Source: Parcubacteria group bacterium (GTDB lineage Bacteria; Patescibacteriota; Minisyncoccia; Phycocordibacterales; WO2-35-19). From it: 64,000 bases of DNA. Location of the stretch: contig JAAZAU010000008.1 of the NCBI GenBank assembly GCA_012514175.1, forward strand, positions 977 to 64,976. The letters run 5' to 3'. The notes under the pieces were generated by a model, which worked only from the letters and a program-made list of their open reading frames with translations, ran no database searches and was not told the origin of the DNA. The position numbers and the translations under genes are program-made. Positions 17,037 to 24,535 of this stretch are shown here, piece by piece. Each line of letters opens with the position of its first letter. The stretch's first letter is position 1.

Positions 17037-18677
17037 ATGGAGATAAAAGCGGATAAAATTCACAAAGCCTACGGCACCATTACCATACTCGATGATGTGT
17101 CCTTCTCTTTAGAGAAAGGTCAGAAAGTTGGTTTGGTGGGGTACAATGGCACTGGCAAAACTACGCTCCTTAAAATCATTGCTGGTGTTATTGAACCGGA
17201 TGGCGGAAAAATCAGTATCCGCAGAGGAGCGAAACTTGGTTACATGCCACAAGATACAAGCTTGGTCTCAGACGAGACCGTGAGCGACTATTTATGGTGC
17301 GTTTCCGGCATGAAAGAGTTGGAACAACGCATAGATGAGTCATTGGAAGCGTTGACTGATTACGAAAACAGAAACGGTTACGCATTCGATTATCGCATGG
17401 AGATGACCCTTGCAGGTTTCGGTTTGCAAAACATATCTAACAGAAATATCAATTCCCTTTCGTCTGGGCAAAAAAGCAAAGTGTTCATGGCTGGAGTCTT
17501 ACTTTCCGATCCGGATATTTTGGTGCTTGACGAGCCGACTAATAATCTCGATCTTCCAGCTCTGATCTGGCTTGAGAATTTCTTGATGCGTTGCGAGACC
17601 ACCTGTCTTATGGTTTCGCATGACCGCCTCTTCCTTGATCGGATAGTCAGAAAGATTTTTGAGATAGACTGGAACACCAGAAAACTCATAATTACGAACG
17701 GCAGATACTCAGATTATTTGGAGAGAAAGGAGAAAGAAACATCAAGACAACTCGCTGAACATAAAGCTCAGCAGGAAGAAATAAAAAGATTGACCGATCA
17801 AGCCAGGAAGAAAAAAGCTGAAGCGGTTCAAGGTTCTCGATATGTCGGCACGGACAATGACAAGTTTCTGCGCGGATTCAAACGTGACAGAGCTGCTAAG
17901 TCCGGGAAAACGGCGAAAGCAATCGAGAAACGCATTGAACAGATGGATGTGCTTGAAAAACCTGTTGAACGTGATGCTTTTCGTATCCACCTACAACCAA
18001 CCAAACCCGAAGGGTCGCGAGATATCAACTTGAAGGATGTGGTCGCCGGATATTCTGCTGATGGATTCCGTGTTGGTCCAATTTCTGCCCACATGTCATA
18101 CGGATCACGTACTCTAATTCTCGGTCTCAATGGATCGGGTAAATCCACTTTGCTTAAAACTCTAAGTGGAGAGCTTGACCTTATCAGTGGCGAAGTTACA
18201 GTTGGAAATGCCCTGGTTGTAGGAAATCTAACTCAAGAACACAACAACTTACCCCGAGAAGAAAGCATAAAAAACTTTCTAATAAGACGAGCTGGGGTTG
18301 AAGTTCAGATTGCTTACGCACTTGCTGTTAAATTTGGTTTCAAGGCCGAAGAAATAGACAAAGAAATTTCGTCTTTGTCTCCCGGTGGTAGGGCCAGACT
18401 GTTGTTTGCTTTATTTTCTGCCCTGTCGGTAAACGTCCTGTTGTTAGATGAGCCGACGAACCACCTGGATCTTGAAGCGCTCCAAGCGCTTGAAGAAGCT
18501 GTTTCGCAATACGAGGGCACTATCATTCTCGTATCGCATGATCGCCATTTCCTTGAAAAGTTCAAAGCTACCGATACCTATGTTCTTTTGGACGGAAAGC
18601 TTGAGCGTCAGCAAAGCTTCAGTCTGTACATGAAGAATGCTGAACATGAAGCAAAACGTCTAATCAGTATGTTATAG
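17037..18677 (+). CDS. ABC-F family ATPase (two tandem ABC domains, no TMD; EttA/ARE-type translation factor)
   Basis: NBD1: GYNGTGKTTLLK, LSSGQKSKV, ILVLDEPTNNLD. Charged helical linker. NBD2: GLNGSGKSTLLK, LSPGGRARL, VLLLDEPTNHLD. 546 aa. Confidence 0.9.
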   Translation: MEIKADKIHKAYGTITILDDVSFSLEKGQKVGLVGYNGTGKTTLLKIIAGVIEPDGGKISIRRGAKLGYMPQDTSLVSDETVSDYLWCVSGMKELEQRIDESLEALTDYENRNGYAFDYRMEMTLAGFGLQNISNRNINSLSSGQKSKVFMAGVLLSDPDILVLDEPTNNLDLPALIWLENFLMRCETTCLMVSHDRLFLDRIVRKIFEIDWNTRKLIITNGRYSDYLERKEKETSRQLAEHKAQQEEIKRLTDQARKKKAEAVQGSRYVGTDNDKFLRGFKRDRAAKSGKTAKAIEKRIEQMDVLEKPVERDAFRIHLQPTKPEGSRDINLKDVVAGYSADGFRVGPISAHMSYGSRTLILGLNGSGKSTLLKTLSGELDLISGEVTVGNALVVGNLTQEHNNLPREESIKNFLIRRAGVEVQIAYALAVKFGFKAEEIDKEISSLSPGGRARLLFALFSALSVNVLLLDEPTNHLDLEALQALEEAVSQYEGTIILVSHDRHFLEKFKATDTYVLLDGKLERQQSFSLYMKNAEHEAKRLISML

Positions 18678-18680
18678 CAA

Positions 18681-18716
18681 AGGAGGTTGGGTTTTCACTC
18701 GACCTCCTTTTTTTGT
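18681..18716 (+). terminator. Rho-independent terminator after ABC-F gene
   Basis: aggaggt-tgggttttcactcg-acctcct followed by ttttttt. Confidence 0.7.
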
Positions 18717-18733
18717 TTGGTTAAAGATCAAAG

Positions 18734-18970
18734 CATTAAATTTTTTGTCGAGTTTGAATATTGTAAAATAAAAAGCCCCGCCTGTAATAGCGCGGGGCTT
18801 AGAGAAAGCGGAGTTAGGTTCTTATTCTCCAACTAAACCCTTGTCTTGGGGAGTTGGAATTACCCTTTTAGGGAGCCTACTTGGGCCCCACTCTGGCTTT
18901 CTCGGTTGTCTGGCTACATCTCCCAACCACCGTGGTTGGGAGAGTTGGGCGAGAATATCACTTCCACCAA
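18734..18970 (-). repeat. Repeat copy B (about 237 bp), near-identical to copy A
   Basis: Same hairpins as copy A. Differences are confined to loops and short indels (for example atcgt to accgt in the ctcccaacc...ggttgggag hairpin loop). Confidence 0.8.
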
Positions 18971-19147
18971 TTCCCGCACCAACCCTTCTGCGAACGCCAT
19001 GGCTTCCTCGGTTGTGATGCCGAGGGCCTTGGCCCAGTTGCCGACCTGGCGCCGAAAGTCATTCGGCCTCAGTCGGACACCTTCTTCCTGAAGCTTAAGC
19101 TTCAGGAACATGAGAGCAATCTGCCCTCTCCTCTCTTCTGTCATCAT
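18914..19147 (-). CDS. Small hypothetical protein (77 aa) whose last about 19 codons are encoded by repeat B
   Basis: Strong SD (aaaggaggagga) immediately 5' of ATG 19147. Sequence MMTEERRGQIALMFLKLKLQEEGVRLRPNDFRRQVGNWAKALGITTEEAMAFAEGLVRELVEVIFSPNSPNHGGWEM. The same frame and stop are preserved in repeat A. Confidence 0.5.
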   Translation of the reverse strand: MMTEERRGQIALMFLKLKLQEEGVRLRPNDFRRQVGNWAKALGITTEEAMAFAEGLVRELVEVIFSPNSPNHGGWEM

Positions 19148-19179
19148 TCCTCCTCCTTTCTTTTTTATTTTTTTACAAC

Positions 19180-19216
19180 CTACTATATAGTAGAACAAAT
19201 ATACAGATTTAGTCAA
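19180..19216 (-). promoter_or_regulatory. Putative promoter with a 14-bp perfect palindrome overlapping the -10
   Basis: On the minus strand: TTGACT (19211-19216), 18-nt spacer, TACTAT. The palindrome CTACTATATAGTAG (19180-19193) overlaps the -10, as an operator would. Confidence 0.45.
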
Positions 19217-19387
19217 GTAAAATCTGTTTATATCTTTTTAAAATAGTTTTGCCTATTAGGTTCAAGCAAAAACCCCCGAACTCATATATTATTAACCTAT
19301 TAGTTTTATTTTTATAATATTGCTATAATTTAAATTACTTTAAGTATCCAGTTTACAAAAACAATCTGCGATTATAATTAAGATAGT

Positions 19388-20035
19388 ATGGAAAAATTAA
19401 AACCACACCAAGAAGAATTTCCCCACAAGAAACCATTGGTTGCTTCAGAGTATTCTTATCACATAAAAAATAAAGAAAAAGAGATTTTAGCAAATTTTAC
19501 ACCTGAACAACAAGCTGAAATTGAACATAAACGACAGATCCTTTCATCGTTAGCTTACTTCATTGGTAAAGATTTTCACATACCGGTTGAACTCAATAAG
19601 CCTGGAGCTGGTTGGCATTGGGATTTTGAAAAAAACGTAATCCGAATTGATCCGAAAGATCTTCTAGAAAAATCTATGGATTACTTAAGGTTTGTGATTT
19701 CTCACGAAGGAGGCCATCGCAGAATTAGCCGGGTTGACTTTGTTCCTCTTGAAGAATGGAGACAACCTGGATTTTCTTTTATGATGAATGCTATTGAAGA
19801 TCCTCGAGATAACAATTTTGTGGCAGAAGCGTATCCAACATTTCAAGAACAGATGAATCTTGCTTATAAACAAGATTTAGATTTTGAAGCAAAAACTAAA
19901 GAAAAAGCCGACCAAAAACTTGGATATCAACCACGCTTTATACAAGCGGGTTTTGAATATATAAAGCAGCGGAGGGTAAGAGATTCGAACTCTTGGTGGG
20001 TTTCCCCACACACGCTTTCCAAGCGTGCGCACTAG
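19388..20035 (+). CDS. HExxH-motif protein (putative zinc metallopeptidase-like); 3' end overlaps tRNA-Ser antisense
   Basis: Contains ISHEGGHRRI (HExxH). The last about 22 codons are antisense to tRNA-Ser, so the true C-terminus is uncertain. Confidence 0.5.
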   Translation: MEKLKPHQEEFPHKKPLVASEYSYHIKNKEKEILANFTPEQQAEIEHKRQILSSLAYFIGKDFHIPVELNKPGAGWHWDFEKNVIRIDPKDLLEKSMDYLRFVISHEGGHRRISRVDFVPLEEWRQPGFSFMMNAIEDPRDNNFVAEAYPTFQEQMNLAYKQDLDFEAKTKEKADQKLGYQPRFIQAGFEYIKQRRVRDSNSWWVSPHTLSKRAH

Positions 20036-20054
20036 ACCACTATGCGAACCCTCC
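19970..20054 (-). tRNA. tRNA-Ser (anticodon GGA)
   Basis: Acceptor GGAGGGU/ACCCUCC, anticodon stem CACGC/GCGUG with loop UUGGAAA, long variable arm UGUGGGGAAACCCAC, T-arm AAGAG-UUCGAAU-CUCUU. Confidence 0.8.
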
Positions 20055-20184
20055 CTTTAAAACCTTCAAGGTTTATAATTATAATTTAACATTTAATCTT
20101 GATTTTGAAAACTTTGTCTTAAAAAACCAAAACCTAGAAAGTAAGGTTTTAAGGTTTTCAGAAACAACAAAATTTGCGATTTTA

Positions 20185-20787
20185 TTATTTTTGACAAATC
20201 GTCACTTTGTTGCGTCCGGTTTCTTTAGATACATACAAGGCTTCATCGGCTCTTTTAATGAGTTCTTCAAAATTGGAAGCTATCTCTGAAGAAACAATGC
20301 CAATACTAACAGTAACTTGAAGGTCTGGAGCTTCGGGAAATCTTAGAGCTTCAACATTACTTCTTATCTCTTCAGCTTTGATTCTAGAGTCTTCTAAATT
20401 AGCGCCCAAAAGAGAAGCCACTATTTCTTCCCCGCCCCAACGCGCCACAGTATCTCCAACTCTAACACTTTGCATTACAGTTTGAGCCACTTTTTTCAAA
20501 ACCAAATCCCCCACATCGTGCCCATAAGTATCATTAACTTTTTTAAAATGATCAATATCTATAAACAGAAAGGAAATGTTTTTGAATCCAAACCATTGTC
20601 TTCTTTTTCCAGCGCTTAAATTATTGATCAAATCCAAATAAACTTTTGATTCTTCTTCAAAAAACATTCTGGTTTTTAGGCCAGTTAAGTGGTCGTGTAT
20701 AAGATCTTTCTCTAAACTCTGAACCTGAGATTCCAGATCAGCAATACGCGACAACAGTTCTTCTTGTTTTTTTTCTTCATCATTCAT
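20185..20787 (-). CDS. GGDEF-domain protein (diguanylate cyclase-like) with N-terminal coiled coil
   Basis: DHLTGL, DIDHFKKVNDTYGH..GD, and RWGGEEI (a GGEEF variant with Ile in place of Phe). Confidence 0.8.
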   Translation of the reverse strand: MNDEEKKQEELLSRIADLESQVQSLEKDLIHDHLTGLKTRMFFEEESKVYLDLINNLSAGKRRQWFGFKNISFLFIDIDHFKKVNDTYGHDVGDLVLKKVAQTVMQSVRVGDTVARWGGEEIVASLLGANLEDSRIKAEEIRSNVEALRFPEAPDLQVTVSIGIVSSEIASNFEELIKRADEALYVSKETGRNKVTICQK

Positions 20788-20788
20788 A

Positions 20789-21730
20789 TTACATACTTCT
20801 TAAAAGTCTAATGCGTTCCTCTATAGGAGGATGGGTATTGAATAAATTAGTCACAGGTTTGCCAGAGGCAGTTTTTTTGACGGGAACAGGGTTGGAAATA
20901 AAAAGGTGAGCTGTTGCGTTGCGAGCGTTTTTCATTGGCATATTGTAGTTTGAAATTTTTTCTAGCGCGCGAGCTAAACCTTCGGGATAACGAGTTAAAA
21001 GCGCGCTTGAGCTATCTGCTAAATATTCTCTCTTACGAGAAATAGCTAGCTGAATAAGAGTAGCAACAATTGGTGAAAGTATAATAAAAACTATTCCAAT
21101 AATTGCTAAAATTCCACCCGCTCCTCCATTTTTATTATCACGGCTACTGCTAAAAAATGAGGTTCTTAAAAACATATCAGAGATAATAGAAACAAAACCC
21201 ACCAAAACCACGACCACACTCATCAATAAAATATCACGATTGCCAATATGAGAAAGTTCGTGAGCAATCACTCCTTCTAGTTCGGGTCTTTCTAATTTTT
21301 GCAAAAGACCTGTGGTAACAGCTATCACGGCATGATCTTTGTTTCTGCCAGTTGCAAAAGCGTTTGGAGCAGGATCGTCAATAACGTAAACTTTGGGCAT
21401 CGGAAGCCCCGCGGTAATTGAAAGATTTTCGGTTACTGTGTAAAGATCAAAATATTCCTCGCGTTTAGCAGGTTTGGCTTTTGATAAACCTAAAACTATT
21501 TTATCTGACCACCAATAACTAGTGATATTCATCATTACACTAAAAATAATAGCAATGTAAAGTAGCCCGGGATTGCCATAATATTCAGAGACAAAATAAC
21601 CAAGCCCAACCACTACCACCAAAAATAAACCCATTAAAAGATAGGTTTTAAAAACATTGGAACTTCGTTGAGTGTAAACCGTGGCCATCGCGAAGATTAT
21701 AACACAATTTATTATAAACTGCTTAACCAC
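20789..21730 (-). CDS. htpX: Zinc metalloprotease HtpX (peptidase M48)
   Basis: Multi-TM protein with HELSH (HExxH) and a downstream E. Typical HtpX architecture. Confidence 0.85.
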   Translation of the reverse strand: MVKQFIINCVIIFAMATVYTQRSSNVFKTYLLMGLFLVVVVGLGYFVSEYYGNPGLLYIAIIFSVMMNITSYWWSDKIVLGLSKAKPAKREEYFDLYTVTENLSITAGLPMPKVYVIDDPAPNAFATGRNKDHAVIAVTTGLLQKLERPELEGVIAHELSHIGNRDILLMSVVVVLVGFVSIISDMFLRTSFFSSSRDNKNGGAGGILAIIGIVFIILSPIVATLIQLAISRKREYLADSSSALLTRYPEGLARALEKISNYNMPMKNARNATAHLFISNPVPVKKTASGKPVTNLFNTHPPIEERIRLLRSM

Positions 21731-21785
21731 AGCTTATTCATTTTTGGAAGTTTGAGAGAGGTTAAATTTTAGTTATCATAAGTAT

Positions 21786-23183
21786 ATGGTTCAGACTAAA
21801 AAAAATCATTTACGCGTGCCTCCCAACAACGTAGAAGCTGAAAAAGCTTTACTCGGTTCAATAATGCTAAAACCAGAAGTAATGTTTGAAATAACCGACA
21901 TAATACAAGCGCGCTCTTTTTATTCCGAAAAACACCGCATTATTTTTGAAAATATTTTAGAGCTTTTTTCCAAACGCAATCCGACTGATATGCTCTCGGT
22001 TTCAGCCAAACTCAAAGAGAAAAAAACTGGCGCAAACGGAAACTTGCTTGAGGAAATTGGTGGCAACGCATACCTCAGTGAATTAGTGAATTCAGTGCCT
22101 TCCGCTTCTAATGCTGTTTATTACGCTCAAATTATCCAAAAAAAATTCATCGCCCGCAATCTTATCAGCGCCGCCGATTTCATATCTTCTTTAGGTTATG
22201 ACGAAACAGCAGAATTAGAAGTTTTGTTAGATGAAGCTCAAAAGAAAATTTATGATGTGACCAATATTTCCAGCATTCATAAATTTGTAGAACTCAAAGA
22301 GGAACTTGATGAAGCTTGGGAAAGACTTGATAAACTTCACAATTCCGGCAATGGTTTGCGAGGTGTGCCAACTGGTTTCAAAGACATAGACGACAAACTT
22401 TCTGGTCTTCAAAAATCTGATCTGATTATCTTAGCTGCCAGACCTTCAGTCGGTAAAACCGCCTTAGCGCTTGATATTGCCCGCCAAGCTGCCGTTTATC
22501 ATAATGTGCCTGTTGGCATCTTTTCTTTAGAAATGAGCTCTCAACAGCTGGTAGATCGTATGCTGGCCTCTCAATCAAATGTTGACGCTTGGAAACTGCG
22601 CACTGGCAGATTGAGCCGTGAAGACGATTTTGCCGCCATCAGACAATCGCTTGATGTGCTTTCTAAAGCTCCCATCTTTATAGACGATCAACCCGGAAAT
22701 AATATTCTCAAAATGCGTTCAGTGGCTAGAAGACTCAAAAATGAAAAGGGTTTAGGGCTTGTAGTGGTGGATTATTTGCAATTGATGATGCCAACCAAAA
22801 ATTACGATTCTATGGTTAATCAAGTTACCGAAATATCTCGTTCACTCAAAAATTTGGCTCGTGAACTTGAGGTGCCAGTGTTAGCTCTTTCTCAACTTTC
22901 TCGCGCTGTTGAACAACGTGGTGGCAAACCAAAACTTTCAGACCTTAGAGATTCTGGTTCTATTGAACAAGACGCCGATGTAGTTATGTTTATTCACCGT
23001 GAAGATAAAACAAAAAGCTCTGAAGAAACAGAAAAAACCAACATCGCCGAGATTTTAATAGAAAAACATCGCAATGGCGCTACTGGTAAAGTGGATCTCT
23101 TTTTCAACGAGAAAAAAGCTTGTTTCCTGCCCCTGGAAAAAGCCGAATTTAGTGGCGCTGAGAGAGAGTTTAGAGAATTTTAA
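21786..23183 (+). CDS. dnaB: Replicative DNA helicase DnaB
   Basis: DnaB N-terminal domain (VPPNNVEAEKALLGS...), Walker A ARPSVGKTA, helicase motifs. No intein insertion. Confidence 0.9.
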   Translation: MVQTKKNHLRVPPNNVEAEKALLGSIMLKPEVMFEITDIIQARSFYSEKHRIIFENILELFSKRNPTDMLSVSAKLKEKKTGANGNLLEEIGGNAYLSELVNSVPSASNAVYYAQIIQKKFIARNLISAADFISSLGYDETAELEVLLDEAQKKIYDVTNISSIHKFVELKEELDEAWERLDKLHNSGNGLRGVPTGFKDIDDKLSGLQKSDLIILAARPSVGKTALALDIARQAAVYHNVPVGIFSLEMSSQQLVDRMLASQSNVDAWKLRTGRLSREDDFAAIRQSLDVLSKAPIFIDDQPGNNILKMRSVARRLKNEKGLGLVVVDYLQLMMPTKNYDSMVNQVTEISRSLKNLARELEVPVLALSQLSRAVEQRGGKPKLSDLRDSGSIEQDADVVMFIHREDKTKSSEETEKTNIAEILIEKHRNGATGKVDLFFNEKKACFLPLEKAEFSGAEREFREF

Positions 23184-23203
23184 CAGTGTGGATTTATAAG
23201 CAA

Positions 23204-23818
23204 ATGAATAGCATAGAAAAACTAACTCAAATATTTTCAAATTTTCCAGGTGTTGGACCGAGACAAGCTAGACGATTTGTTTATTATTTACTCACCAGAG
23301 CTAATAATTCGTTGGACGAACTGGCGCAAAATATCAAGGAACTCAAAAATGAAGTAACAATATGCGTTGATTGCAAGAGATTTTTTCAAAGTAATAATAA
23401 AACAAATCTATGCAAAATCTGTTCCGATTTAACCAGAGACAGATCAACTTTAATGTTGGTTCAGCGCGACACCGATTTAGAATCAGTAGAAAAAAACGGG
23501 AGTTTTAAAGGTATCTATTTTGTGCTTGGAGGTTCAGTGCCGATACTTGAAAAAGAGCCCGAAAAAAAGATCCGAATCAAAGAATTGAAAATTTTTGTAG
23601 ATAAAAAAATAAAAGAAGGATTAAAAGAAATAATCCTTGGCGTCAATTGGAATCCGGAAGGAGAAAATACCGCCGATTATGTAAAAAAATATTTAAAACC
23701 CACTTTAGAAAAACACAAAATTAAAACCTCTCATTTGGGTAAAGGGCTTTCTATGGGCACAGAACTGGAATATATAGATCCAGATACTTTAAAAAACGCT
23801 CTCCAAAACAGAGCTTGA
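23204..23818 (+). CDS. recR: Recombination protein RecR
   Basis: HhH GVGPRQARR, C4 zinc finger CVDCKRF...CKIC, Toprim domain. The ATG at 23204 is preferred over the GTG at 23186. Confidence 0.85.
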   Translation: MNSIEKLTQIFSNFPGVGPRQARRFVYYLLTRANNSLDELAQNIKELKNEVTICVDCKRFFQSNNKTNLCKICSDLTRDRSTLMLVQRDTDLESVEKNGSFKGIYFVLGGSVPILEKEPEKKIRIKELKIFVDKKIKEGLKEIILGVNWNPEGENTADYVKKYLKPTLEKHKIKTSHLGKGLSMGTELEYIDPDTLKNALQNRA

Positions 23819-23840
23819 TAAATGTTATAATAAATAAACT

Positions 23841-24482
23841 ATGTCAATTCAAAAATCTTATCCTTACATATTAATAATAGGCAGTATTATTGGACTTCTA
23901 GCTTCTTTCGTTTTAACCGTAGACACTATTAAATTTATTGAAAATCCAAATGTAGATGTTCTTTGCAACATCAACCCGTTTATTAGTTGCACTTCAGTGG
24001 CAAGTGAATGGCAAAGTTACATTTTTGGTTTTCCTAATTCTTTGTTGGGTATCGTAGCTTTCTCAATGCTTTTTGCTATGGGTATAATGCTCTATTTTGG
24101 TGGTCCCGATTCTTCCATTTTGGATAAAATCAGCGGTCAGAATAAAGCCCGAAAACCACTTTGGTGTTTAGTAAACTTAGGAACCGCTTTCGCTATGATT
24201 TTCGTAATGTGGTTCGTTTATGAAAGCGTGTATGTAATTAATTCGTTGTGCTTATATTGTATGATGGTTTGGGCTGTTACTTGGCCAATATTTCTCTACA
24301 CCACTATTTGGAATTTTAAAGAAGCCAATTTTTCTATCATAAAAGTTAAGCCGGGAAATTTTGCCAGCAAGGTTTTAGCAGTAATCTCTAAAAACCATAT
24401 CCAGATCTTAATTTTGTGGTATGTTGTTATAATTTTCTTAATTCTATTTCAATTTAAAGATTTCTTTTTCGCCTCGTTCTAG
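23841..24482 (+). CDS. Vitamin K epoxide reductase (VKOR) family membrane protein
   Basis: Loop Cys pair spaced by 7 residues (CNINPFISC) and the membrane CxxC (CLYC), as in VKOR. Multi-TM. Confidence 0.7.
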   Translation: MSIQKSYPYILIIGSIIGLLASFVLTVDTIKFIENPNVDVLCNINPFISCTSVASEWQSYIFGFPNSLLGIVAFSMLFAMGIMLYFGGPDSSILDKISGQNKARKPLWCLVNLGTAFAMIFVMWFVYESVYVINSLCLYCMMVWAVTWPIFLYTTIWNFKEANFSIIKVKPGNFASKVLAVISKNHIQILILWYVVIIFLILFQFKDFFFASF

Positions 24483-24535
24483 TTTTAGGAAAGCAATTGG
24501 TTTAATTAAAAAAACCGACACAAGTCGGTTTTTTG

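Noticed and set aside
21786-23183. Possible intein in dnaB (common in some lineages)
   Set aside because: The length (465 aa) and continuous helicase motifs leave no room for an intein.
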